Source: a bacterium
Lineage (GTDB): Bacteria; UBA8248; JACPRG01; G963555815
NCBI GenBank assembly: GCA_965218795.1
Contig: OZ244653.1
Coordinates: 2,816,001-2,880,000, forward strand
Direction: 5' to 3'
Length of the DNA: 64,000 bases
Numbering within the stretch: the first letter of the stretch is position 1; every line of letters begins with the position of its first letter. The position numbers and the translations under genes were made by a program. Under the pieces are notes generated by a model. The model saw only the letters and a program-made list of their open reading frames with translations. It was not told the origin of the DNA and did no database searches. This document shows positions 29,949-39,107 of this stretch, piece by piece.

Positions 29949-30427
29949 ATAAGCCCTACACGGTCCAGTGCGGATATTCGACCCACTTCGCCAATACGGT
30001 CACCGTGGAAGCGGAGACCCTCGAGGAGGCGCTGGACAAGGCCATCGAGACCGCCAATGCCGATGACGCCTGGCGCTCGACCGGCCATTGCAGCGACACC
30101 TTCGTAGACGCCGTTTGCGAGGGTGCCGATGCCGATCCCTGGGACCCGGACGCGGCATGGCCGATTCCGGACCGGTTCACCGAACGCGGCGAGCCGCCGG
30201 TCATCACGCTGACCGATCCGGGCAGGCCGGACGGCGGCATCGCGGTCTCCGGCGGACGGGTGCTCATCCGCTTCGCAGGTGATGCCGGCACGGTCACGGC
30301 GGAGCTTTGCGATCCCCCGCATCCGCCCGCCAACAAGCCGCTCGTCACCATCCGCCGCCGCGCCGACGGCGCGCCCGACGTCACCGTGACCGAGGGCCGG
30401 GCCCGGGTCCGCATCCTCGACGCCTGA
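29945..30427 (+). CDS. hypothetical protein
   Basis: ATGA overlap with previous gene; GAGGAGG RBS; MNKPYTVQCGYSTHF... Confidence 0.7.
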   Translation: MNKPYTVQCGYSTHFANTVTVEAETLEEALDKAIETANADDAWRSTGHCSDTFVDAVCEGADADPWDPDAAWPIPDRFTERGEPPVITLTDPGRPDGGIAVSGGRVLIRFAGDAGTVTAELCDPPHPPANKPLVTIRRRADGAPDVTVTEGRARVRILDA

Positions 30428-30947
30428 CCCTGGCTGCCCGCCACCGGCTCACATCGGGATCCGGCGGCGGCCCCCGCTTCCTCGTCCCTCATCTCCGGGA
30501 GACATGTTCCATGAAACTCATGACCAAAAAGCAGCGCGAAAAACTGCTCGCCAACGGCGCCGACCGCGGGGCCGACCATGTCCCGGTGGTCAAGCTCTTC
30601 AACCCCTGCGGCGCCGGCACCTGGCTCTTGACCGAACTCGATCCCGAGCAGCCGTCCGTGGCTTTCGGACTCGCGGATCTCGGCTTCGGCTTTCCCGAGC
30701 TGGGCAGTTTCAGCCTGGAGGAACTGTCGGCCTTCCGGGGGCCGTTCGGGCTGGGCATCGAGCGGGACCTGCATTTCGATCCGCACTTCAGCCTCGCCAT
30801 CTACGCCGAAGCCGCCCGGGCCGCCGGCCATATCGTCGAATACGGTCCCGAACTCGACGCCGCCGCGCACCGCCGCACCCACGCGGCAGCCGGCGCCTGA
30901 CCCTGGCTTTCCGCCGTCGGCCCACACCGGGATTCGGCGGCGACCCG
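30421..30947 (+). repeat. about 50-bp imperfect direct repeats flanking the DUF2958 gene
   Basis: CGCCTGACCCTGGCT..CCGCC..CGGC.CACA.CGGGAT.CGGCGGCG.CCC at about 30421-30473 and 30894-30946. Confidence 0.75.
30511..30900 (+). CDS. DUF2958 domain protein
   Basis: LLANG, PVVKLFNP.GAGTWLLTELDP, FGLADLGFGFPELG, IERDLHF. Confidence 0.9.
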   Translation: MKLMTKKQREKLLANGADRGADHVPVVKLFNPCGAGTWLLTELDPEQPSVAFGLADLGFGFPELGSFSLEELSAFRGPFGLGIERDLHFDPHFSLAIYAEAARAAGHIVEYGPELDAAAHRRTHAAAGA

Positions 30948-31061
30948 CCTTGCGTCCCTATGAGACGAGCCTGGCTTGACCGGGGCGATCCGTGAGGCCC
31001 GGGGGAGCGTTTCCCCCGCCACCGGCCCACCGCGATTTCCACGATTTCCGAGGAGAACCCG

Positions 31062-34000
31062 ATGCCCGACGCCCTGACGGCGGCGGAGGGCGAGCCTGCG
31101 AACGCTCGTCCGCGCGCCCCCCGCCCCCGGTTCATCCCGTCCATGTCCGCGGCCCAGCTCTTCGCCGCGACCCGGGCCCTGTTGCCCGTGCTGACAGCCG
31201 GCCGTGTGCTCGACGCGGCAACGCTCAGGGACGCCATGACGCGCGCCTTCGGCGCTACGGATGCGGAAGGCGCCTGGGTCTGGAAGGACGCCTACGAGGC
31301 CGGCGAAGCGGCGGTCGTCCTGTTCCTCCAGCGCTACGGCCGGGCCATGCGCCGCCGGGCCGGGGTCGGCGGTCCCCCCGCCATGCTGGCCATGCTGCAA
31401 AAGCTCGCCGCCCTGGAGCCGTCCCATACGAAGCGGTCGGAAGAGCAGATCCACCTCCAGCAGTTCTCCACGCCCCTCGGCCTCGCCTACGCCGCCTTGC
31501 AGGCGGCGGCGATCCGGCCCGGCGACGTCGTGCTGGAACCCTCGGCCGGCACCGGGATCCTCGCCGTCATGGCCCAATGCGCCCTCGGGGACCGGACCGC
31601 AGGCGCGCTCCATCTGAACGAGATCGCTGCCGTCCGCGCCGGCCTTCTCTCGCGGCTCTTCTCGAACGCCGCGGTGACCGGCTTCAACGCCGAGGTCATC
31701 GCCGATTACCTCCCCGGGGTCCGGCCGACTGTCGTGCTCATGAACCCGCCGTTCTCCGCCTCGCCCGGTGTCACCCGGATCCGCCACGACGCCGATCTCC
31801 GCCATTTGCGATCGGCCTTCTCCATGCTGGCGCCGGGCGGCCGGCTCGTCGGGATCACCTCGGCGGGCTGCATGCCCGGCGATGCCGCCTGGACGGACGC
31901 CTTCGAGGGTCTCGATCCCCCGGCGCGCACGGTGTTCTCCATGGCCATCGACGGCCGAGCCTATGCGCGGCGCGGCACCACCTTCGACACCCGCATGACC
32001 GTGATCGATCGGAGCGCGGACCGCGAAAACGCCACGATCGATCCCGCGGCCCGGGCAAACAGCTCCGCGGAACTCCTCGAAGCCGTCATGGCGGGCGTAC
32101 CCGCGCGCCTCGCCATCGACGGCGTCGAGGCGCCAGCCCCGGCCGCCCCGGTCCGCGACCTCTTCGGCAACACAGCCCCGGTCAAGGCGAAAGAGCACAA
32201 GACCACAGCCAGGGCCGCCGGCCGGCCAGCCGAAGACAAGGACCGCCGGCACGACTGGGGGTCCGTGTCCGAGCTCGTATACGACACGGCCCCGGTCTCC
32301 GGTGATGCCCCCGCCGGTTCCGAGACCACCGCCGGCCCCTATGCGCCCTGGAAGCCGGGGGTCGTGCATGCCCCAGGCGCCACCGCGCATCCCACGCCCC
32401 TGGTGCAGTCCGGGGCCATGGCCGCTGTGCCGCACCCCATCCCGTCCTATCGGCCGATGCTGCCCGAGGGCCTCGTCATTGACGGATTGCTGTCGGACGC
32501 CCAGCTCGAAAGCGTCGTCCTCGCCGGCGAGGCCCATTCCCGCCATCTCTCCGCGCTCTACCGCATCGGTGCCGGTTGGGAGACCGTCCACCGCCGCACA
32601 GACGAGGACGATGGCGCAGCCATGACCGACGACCACGAGCCGCTGTCCGAGCCGGTGCGGTTCCGCCGCGGCTGGATGCTGGGCGACGGCACCGGATGCG
32701 GCAAGGGCCGCCAGGTCGCCGCCGTCATCCTCGACAACCGGCTCCGCGGCCGGCGCCGCGCCCTCTGGATCTCGGCCTCGGCCAACCTGCTGGAGGACGC
32801 ACGGCGCGACTGGAGCGCGATCGGCGGACGCGAGGACGACGTGATCCCCCTCGGCAACGTCCGACAGGGGGCCGGGATCCCGCATGAGAGCGGCATCCTG
32901 TTCTGCACCTATGCTGCGCTGCGCGCGCCGGCCCGCCAGGGCAAGCCGTCGCGGCTCGAGCAGATCGTCTCCTGGCTCGCCGGGGGAACGGAAGAAGAGC
33001 AACGCCACGCATTCGACGGCGTGATCGTCTTCGACGAGTCCCACGCCATGGCCAATGCGGCCGGCTCCAAAGGCGCGCGCGGCGAGGTCAAGCCCTCGGC
33101 CCAGGGCCGGGCCGGTCTGCGTCTGCAGCACGCGCTGCCCGACGCGCGCATCGCCTATGTCTCGGCCACCGGGGCCACCACCGTGCCCGGCCTCGCCTAT
33201 GCCAGCCGGCTGGGCCTCTGGGGATCCGGGGACACGCCCTTCGAAACCCGGGGGGATTTCGTGTCAGCCATGGAATTGGGCGGCGTGGCCGCCATGGAGG
33301 TGGTCGCCCGGGACCTCAAGGCCCTCGGATTGTACCAGGCGCGGGCCCTGGCCTATGACGGCGTCGAGGTCGACATCCTGGAGCACCCGCTGACGCCCGA
33401 GCAGCGGCGCATCTACGACGCCTATGCCGGCGCCTTCAAGGTCATCCACGCCAACCTCCAGGAGGCGCTCAAGGCCACCGGAATCATGGAGGGCGACTCG
33501 ACGTTGAACAAGAACGCCAAGTCGGCGGCGCTCTCTGCCTTCGAGGGGGCGAAACAACGCTTCTTCGGCCATCTGCTGACCGCCATGAAGTGTCCGTCCC
33601 TGCTCCGCGCCGTCGAGGCCGATCTCGACGCCGGCCAATCGGCCGTGATCCAGCTCGTGTCCACGGGAGAGGCCCTGATGGAACGGCGCATCGCCGAGAT
33701 CCCGCCATCCGAATGGGACGACCTCAGCATCGATCTGACGCCCAGGGAGTCGGTTCTGGATTTTCTGGCGCACGCCTTCCCGGTGCAGCTCCAGGAGCCC
33801 TTCACCGACGAGGACGGGAACCTCATGAGCCGGCCCGTGTTCGACACCGACGGCAACCCCGTGCTCTGCCGGGAGGCCCTCGCCAAACGCGACGCGCTGA
33901 TCGAGAAGCTCGCGTCGCTCCCGCCCGTGCAGTCGGCCCTCGACCAGATCCTCCACCACTTCGGCCATGACGCCGTGGCCGAGGTCACCGGCCGGTCCCG

Positions 34001-35555
34001 CCGGGTGCTCAGGATCGTGGAGGGTCAGGGCGAGCGCCTGGCGCTGCGCAGCCGGCCCGCCTCCGCCAGCCTCGTTGAGACCAGTGCCTTCATGGACGGG
34101 GAGAAGAAGATACTCGTCTTCTCCATGGCCGGCGGCACCGGGCGCAGCTACCACGCCGATCTCTCCTCGGCCAACACCGCGCGCCGCGTCCACTACCTGC
34201 TGGAGCCGGGCTGGCGGGCCGATCAGGCCATCCAGGGACTCGGCCGGACCCACAGGACCCACCAGGCCTCCGCACCCCTGTTCCGGCCCGTGACCACGGA
34301 CGTGAAGGGGGAGAGGCGGTTCATCGCCACCATCGCGCGCCGGCTGGACTCCCTCGGCGCCATCACCCGGGGCCAGCGGGACTCACAGACCGCCATGGCC
34401 GGAGGCGACGCAACGCTCTTCCGCGCCAGCGATAACCTGGAGAGCCTCTACGCCAAGGCGGCGCTCCGCCAGTTCTACGGGGCCCTCTGGCGGGGCAGTA
34501 TCCCCGGCTGGCCCCTCGACCGCTTCGAGGAGGCCACCGGCCTCGCCCTCACCTGGGAGGGAACCCTCAAGGACGACCTGCCACCCATGCCCAAGTTCCT
34601 GAACCGCCTGCTGGCATTGCCCATCGACGAGCAGAACGCGCTCTTCGCCGAGCTGGAGTCCCGCATCGAGTCCAATATCGAGCAGGCCATGGAGGCGGGG
34701 ACCTACGACATCGGCGTGGAGACCCTGCGCGCCGACTCGCTCGTTGAGGCCGGCCGCGAGACCCTCTACACCCACCCCGGGACCGGAGCCGCGACCGATC
34801 TCGTCGAGATCCTCCGCCGTGATCGGCTGGAGCCCACCACGGCGGACGCTGTGCTGGAGATCGCCGTACAGTCTGCCGGCTCACAGGGCAGGCCGGTGCT
34901 GATGGTCAATGCCCGCTCCAACCGCGCCGCCGCCGTCCTGCACGCGCCGTCCAGGATGTTCGATGACGGCGGGGTGCAGGAACGCGTGCGCCTCCTGCGG
35001 CCTACGGCCCGGGAGGCCATGGCCAAGGCCGAACTGGAGGCCTCCAACTGGCGAAAAGCCTCCGAGGGGGAGTGGCGTTCCTTCTGGGAGGACGAAATCG
35101 CAGGCCTGCCGACCCACACGGAATCCCGTTTCTGGCTCGTCACCGGGCTGCTCCTGCAGATCTGGGACCGGCTCGGAGTCGAGACCATGCGGGTGCGCCG
35201 GCTCTTCACCGATGCTGGCGAGCAGATGATCGGACGCGTGCTCGATACCGAGCAGGCCCGGACCGTGCGCATTGCCTTCGGACTCGCGGGCGGTCCTGAC
35301 ATGACCGCGGACCAGGCCTGGGAGGCTGTCATGACACGCGGCGCGGCCTTTGCGCTCGCGAACGGCTGGCGTCTCGCCCGGCGCCGCATCATGGGGGCCG
35401 ACCGCGTCGAGATCGAGGGACCCGTCGATGGCGACATCGCCACCCTCAAGCGCCTGGGATGCACGGTGGAGATCGTCTCCTGGCGCTCCCGCGTGTTCGC
35501 GCCCGACCCCGCTGTCCTCGCCCGGGTGTTCGAACACCGGCCCCTCGCGGACTGA
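31062..35555 (+). CDS. strawberry notch family protein (N6-MTase-like domain plus SF2 helicase-like NTPase)
   Basis: LQQFSTP, VLEPSAGTG, MNPPF; LSDAQLE, GDGTGCGKGR, FDESH, SATGA, GRSYHAD, QGLGRTHR. Confidence 0.92.
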   Translation: MPDALTAAEGEPANARPRAPRPRFIPSMSAAQLFAATRALLPVLTAGRVLDAATLRDAMTRAFGATDAEGAWVWKDAYEAGEAAVVLFLQRYGRAMRRRAGVGGPPAMLAMLQKLAALEPSHTKRSEEQIHLQQFSTPLGLAYAALQAAAIRPGDVVLEPSAGTGILAVMAQCALGDRTAGALHLNEIAAVRAGLLSRLFSNAAVTGFNAEVIADYLPGVRPTVVLMNPPFSASPGVTRIRHDADLRHLRSAFSMLAPGGRLVGITSAGCMPGDAAWTDAFEGLDPPARTVFSMAIDGRAYARRGTTFDTRMTVIDRSADRENATIDPAARANSSAELLEAVMAGVPARLAIDGVEAPAPAAPVRDLFGNTAPVKAKEHKTTARAAGRPAEDKDRRHDWGSVSELVYDTAPVSGDAPAGSETTAGPYAPWKPGVVHAPGATAHPTPLVQSGAMAAVPHPIPSYRPMLPEGLVIDGLLSDAQLESVVLAGEAHSRHLSALYRIGAGWETVHRRTDEDDGAAMTDDHEPLSEPVRFRRGWMLGDGTGCGKGRQVAAVILDNRLRGRRRALWISASANLLEDARRDWSAIGGREDDVIPLGNVRQGAGIPHESGILFCTYAALRAPARQGKPSRLEQIVSWLAGGTEEEQRHAFDGVIVFDESHAMANAAGSKGARGEVKPSAQGRAGLRLQHALPDARIAYVSATGATTVPGLAYASRLGLWGSGDTPFETRGDFVSAMELGGVAAMEVVARDLKALGLYQARALAYDGVEVDILEHPLTPEQRRIYDAYAGAFKVIHANLQEALKATGIMEGDSTLNKNAKSAALSAFEGAKQRFFGHLLTAMKCPSLLRAVEADLDAGQSAVIQLVSTGEALMERRIAEIPPSEWDDLSIDLTPRESVLDFLAHAFPVQLQEPFTDEDGNLMSRPVFDTDGNPVLCREALAKRDALIEKLASLPPVQSALDQILHHFGHDAVAEVTGRSRRVLRIVEGQGERLALRSRPASASLVETSAFMDGEKKILVFSMAGGTGRSYHADLSSANTARRVHYLLEPGWRADQAIQGLGRTHRTHQASAPLFRPVTTDVKGERRFIATIARRLDSLGAITRGQRDSQTAMAGGDATLFRASDNLESLYAKAALRQFYGALWRGSIPGWPLDRFEEATGLALTWEGTLKDDLPPMPKFLNRLLALPIDEQNALFAELESRIESNIEQAMEAGTYDIGVETLRADSLVEAGRETLYTHPGTGAATDLVEILRRDRLEPTTADAVLEIAVQSAGSQGRPVLMVNARSNRAAAVLHAPSRMFDDGGVQERVRLLRPTAREAMAKAELEASNWRKASEGEWRSFWEDEIAGLPTHTESRFWLVTGLLLQIWDRLGVETMRVRRLFTDAGEQMIGRVLDTEQARTVRIAFGLAGGPDMTADQAWEAVMTRGAAFALANGWRLARRRIMGADRVEIEGPVDGDIATLKRLGCTVEIVSWRSRVFAPDPAVLARVFEHRPLAD

Positions 35556-35688
35556 GTCGCCCATGGGTACGTACCGCCGGCCGGCATACGTATGGCCGTC
35601 CCGGCGTCGTCCAGAACCCAACTGGCCGGGGGGGACCCGCACGTCTCCATCGCCGGCGCACCGCCGACTCCTCACGGGAGACCCACAC

Positions 35689-35943
35689 ATGACCGCGCAC
35701 ATCCTGCCGGAGAACCCGAACTACGCCTTCTGCCCGGCCTACGACCCCGAGAACGCGCCCCAGGAGATCCGGCTCGTCATCGACGGCATGACCGGAACCA
35801 TCCCCACCGCTCTGGTCGCCCTCACTCTCGAGGACGCCGAGCGCCTCTGCGACATGCTCAATGCCCGACTCGGCCTCGACCGCGAGGCCTGGGCCGTCCT
35901 GGTCGGACGGGCCATGCGCCCGGAGGGCCGCAGACGACACTGA
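35689..35943 (+). CDS. hypothetical protein
   Basis: GGGAG RBS; MTAHILPENPNYAFCPAYDP... Confidence 0.65.
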   Translation: MTAHILPENPNYAFCPAYDPENAPQEIRLVIDGMTGTIPTALVALTLEDAERLCDMLNARLGLDREAWAVLVGRAMRPEGRRRH

Positions 35944-35974
35944 TGCCGGTTGTCCGGAACGGGAGAATACGGTC

Positions 35975-36736
35975 GTGAAGACACCCCGCGTACCGAGCCT
36001 CCGGACGATGACGGCGCTGATCATGGGCGCCGCCATCATCATGGCAGCCGCCGTGGCGTTCGACCGGACGCCCGAGACCTGGCGTGGCCTCGTCGTCGCG
36101 CCCGAGCACCGGTGCGCGCCCTACAGACGTTCCGACTATCCTTACCCGCCCTCGGTCGAGGCCCGGATCGTCGCCGCCCAGAGCGGGCGTGTGTACGGGC
36201 CCTATACGGGACGCACCTTCTCCGATACCCGACGGACCGACATCGAACACATCGTTGCCGCGTCCGAGGCCCATGACAGCGGTCTCTGCGCGCAAAGCGC
36301 GGCGGCGCGCCGTCGTTTTGCAACAGACCTGCTCAACCTGACGCTGGCGGCGCCCGAGGTGAACCGCTGCGGCGCCGGGGGCAAGTGCGGCCTTGACGCC
36401 GGGGAATGGCTGCCCCGGGTCAACCGCTGCTGGTTCGCCGGCCGCGTGGTCGCGGTCCGGACGAAGTACCGCCTCACCATCGACCGTCGCGAGACGGATG
36501 CGCTGGATCGGGTGCTCTCGGGCTGCGCCTCCACCGAGATGGTCTTCTTTGCCGGTCCGTCGCCGAAGGCGCCTTTGCCCGGCGGTCCCGAACCGTTGCG
36601 CTTGTGGGACGATAACGGCGACGGTCGCATCACCTGCCGGGAGGCGCGGCAGCACCGCATCGCCCCGGTCCCACGCAGCCACCCCGCCTATCCGTTCATG
36701 AGAGACCGCGACCGCGACGGCGTCGTCTGCGAATAA
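35975..36736 (+). CDS. secreted HNH (DUF1524-like) nuclease with C-terminal Excalibur Ca-binding domain
   Basis: Signal-like N-terminus; DIEHIV..EAHDSG, NLTLA.PEVNR..K; CREAR...HPAY...DRDRDGVVCE. Confidence 0.82.
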   Translation: MKTPRVPSLRTMTALIMGAAIIMAAAVAFDRTPETWRGLVVAPEHRCAPYRRSDYPYPPSVEARIVAAQSGRVYGPYTGRTFSDTRRTDIEHIVAASEAHDSGLCAQSAAARRRFATDLLNLTLAAPEVNRCGAGGKCGLDAGEWLPRVNRCWFAGRVVAVRTKYRLTIDRRETDALDRVLSGCASTEMVFFAGPSPKAPLPGGPEPLRLWDDNGDGRITCREARQHRIAPVPRSHPAYPFMRDRDRDGVVCE

Positions 36737-36957
36737 ACGTACTGCATTGACCGCTGACGACTGAGGACACGGTCCTGGTTCCGGACCGTAGGGCGCACTC
36801 GCATCCCGCGACCCACCCATCATCCACACCATCATCGGTTGACCCCCCTTGGAGAGGACGAGTCGGGCAAGAGCCGGGCGAAGACCCGGCAGGGGAGAGG
36901 GAGACGGTCTCCCGGTCCCGATGCCGGGAACGGCAACCCGGAACAGGAGACCAGCCC

Positions 36958-37098
36958 ATGCTCGACCGTGACTTCGAACCCGACATCCCGACCGGTGACG
37001 AACTGCTCGCCGAGATCGGCCTCGACTCGCACACCATCCGCAGGATCCTCACCGAAGCGGTCCATGCCGACACCGGCGAAGGAGAGGAGCTTTCATAG
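36958..37098 (+). CDS. small hypothetical protein (46 aa)
   Basis: CAGGAG RBS; MLDRDFEPDIPTGDELLAEIGLDSHTIRRILTEAVHADTGEGEELS; below the ORF-track cutoff. Confidence 0.5.
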   Translation: MLDRDFEPDIPTGDELLAEIGLDSHTIRRILTEAVHADTGEGEELS

Positions 37099-37185
37099 GG
37101 TGAACCAAGGGGCCGGAGAGAGAGGCTCTCCCACCCCTACCATCACCCGTTGCCTTCCACACCCTCACACAGAAGGAGAATGATC

Positions 37186-37398
37186 ATGGCCTTCGGACTC
37201 AATCGCGCTGAAGTGATCGGCCGCCTCGGCGCCGACGTCACCGTCAACCACCTCGCCAGCGGCGGACGCGTGGCCAACCTGTCGATCGCCACCGACGAGG
37301 GCTACATCGACAAGCAGACAGGAGACCGGGTCGACAAGACCGAGTGGCACCGGGTGGTGACCTTCCAGCCCGGGCTGGTGGACATGTTCGAGAAACAT
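37186..37398 (+). pseudogene. ssb: single-stranded DNA-binding protein, truncated
   Basis: MAFGLNRAEVIGRLGAD...KTEWHRVVTFQ...MFEKH, then an abrupt switch to AT-rich unrelated sequence. Confidence 0.88.
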
Positions 37399-37536
37399 AT
37401 TATACCAAAACAGACAAACGTGCGATTGTCTTCGAATGAAACGCCTATACTATATGTCTTTCAATTAATTATAATGGATTCCTGTCTCTGATCTACCGCA
37501 ATTCGTACGTTTGCGTACGCCCCGGTTTCTTTTCTT

Positions 37537-37580
37537 GTGTTGACAACAGTGTTGCTAATTTCAATAAGCGGTGTTATAGT
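37537..37580 (+). promoter_or_regulatory. integrase promoter overlapping GTGTTG direct repeats (candidate arm sites)
   Basis: TTGCTA-N17-TATAGT with extended TG, ending 6 nt before the ATG; GTGTTG-N6-GTGTTG at 37537-37554. Confidence 0.55.
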
Positions 37581-37586
37581 CCGGGC

Positions 37587-38852
37587 ATGAACGAGAACAC
37601 CGGAAAACGCATCGCCAGGGTCAGGACGACACTCACCAGGCGCACCGTCGAGGCGCTCAAGCCCACAGAGAAGTCCTGGATCGCCTGGGACGACAAGCTG
37701 ACGGGCTTCGGCGTTCGCGTCCAGCCCTCGGGCACCAAGTCGTTCATCGTCAACTACCGCGCGGGCTCCGGCGGCCGCAAGGCGCCCAACAAGCGGGTGG
37801 TGATCGGACGCTACGGCCGCATCGCTCCAGACCGGGCGCGGCGCTTGGCCCAAGACCTGCTCGGACGCGTCGCCCGTGGCGAGGATCCTGCCGGAGAACG
37901 AGCCGATGCCCGCGGCGTCCCCACCCTGGCCCGGGCCTTCGAGGTCTACATGGCGGCGAATCCCAGCCGCGCGGTCAATACCGTCAGGCTCTACGAACAG
38001 AACCTGCGGGTCAACCTCTCCGACTGGCTGAAGCGTCCGCTCGACGCCATTACCCGACAGGACGTCGAGGACCGCTTCAATCTCATCACCGCCAGAAACG
38101 GCTGGTCGGCGGCCAACCAGACGCTCTCGATGCTGCGCTCGATCTACCGCCGGCCCTGCGTCGATTTCGAGGGTTTGCGCAATCCGGTCGACCTGTGGCT
38201 GGCGGCCGGGGGGCGCTTCCACCGGAAGCGGAGGCGGCGGATATCGAGCCCGGCCGAGGTGTTGCCTCGCTGGCGCGCGGGCATCGAGGCCGCCGACCTC
38301 GAACCGGAGGTTCGCGACATCTTCCTGATCGGCATCTACACCGGCATGCGCCGGGGCGAGATCGTTTCGCTGCGCCGGGAGCAGGTGGACATGGAGCGGC
38401 GCATCCTCAGGGTCGATGAGACCAAGACCGGGGAGCCGCTGGAGCTTCCGCTCACCCGGCAACTCGCCGCCATCCTCGAGTGGCGCCTAGCGGACGCCGA
38501 CCCGGCGGCGCGCCAGAACGGCTGGGTGTTTCCGTCTTCCAAGAGCGGGAGCGGACACGTCGCGGACATCGCGAGGTTCTACGGCGATATCACCGAGGAG
38601 GGAGGAACACGGTTCTGGTTCCACGGTTTGCGCAACGCCTTCATCACGGTGGCCGAGCGGGAACTCATGCTGCCGCGCTCGCTGACCAAGCGCCTGGTCA
38701 ATCACGCCCGGCCCCAGGACGTGACCGAGGGTTACGCCGCTGACTGGACGGTGGAGCAGCTCCGAGAGCCCGCACAGCGGATCGCCGACCGCATTGACAA
38801 GCTGATGGGGGAAGACATGCCGGCTGCGGAGGCGCACCCACCTGAAAATTGA
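37587..38852 (+). CDS. tyrosine integrase with Arm DNA-binding domain, intact
   Basis: WDDKLTGFGVRV; catalytic R (TGMRRGE), K (TKT), HxxR (FHGLR), H (LVNH), Y (VTEGY). Confidence 0.93.
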   Translation: MNENTGKRIARVRTTLTRRTVEALKPTEKSWIAWDDKLTGFGVRVQPSGTKSFIVNYRAGSGGRKAPNKRVVIGRYGRIAPDRARRLAQDLLGRVARGEDPAGERADARGVPTLARAFEVYMAANPSRAVNTVRLYEQNLRVNLSDWLKRPLDAITRQDVEDRFNLITARNGWSAANQTLSMLRSIYRRPCVDFEGLRNPVDLWLAAGGRFHRKRRRRISSPAEVLPRWRAGIEAADLEPEVRDIFLIGIYTGMRRGEIVSLRREQVDMERRILRVDETKTGEPLELPLTRQLAAILEWRLADADPAARQNGWVFPSSKSGSGHVADIARFYGDITEEGGTRFWFHGLRNAFITVAERELMLPRSLTKRLVNHARPQDVTEGYAADWTVEQLREPAQRIADRIDKLMGEDMPAAEAHPPEN

Positions 38853-38978
38853 GATATGTCAGCGTATTGAGAAGCGCGTTCTCCAACGAGTAGCGGCGAT
38901 AGTATCCTTCCGCTTCGCCCGCTGCAGTTCCGGCGCTGGATGCGTCAAGCGAGGAATCTAACCCGTCGTCGATCTCAT

Positions 38979-39036
38979 CTGACCTCTTAACCTTCTCGTC
39001 CGTACTATGAAGTATGCAAGATGGTTAAGAGGTCAG
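38979..39036. repeat. 58-bp inverted repeat
   Basis: CTGACCTCTTAACC...GGTTAAGAGGTCAG; arms match 18 of 20 nt. Confidence 0.7.
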
Positions 39037-39107
39037 GTCTGGTGCTTTTCAAGTTGCGGTAGTCATCCGCAGTCAAATGCGTACCGGGCTTGAGATCCCG
39101 TCTCAGA

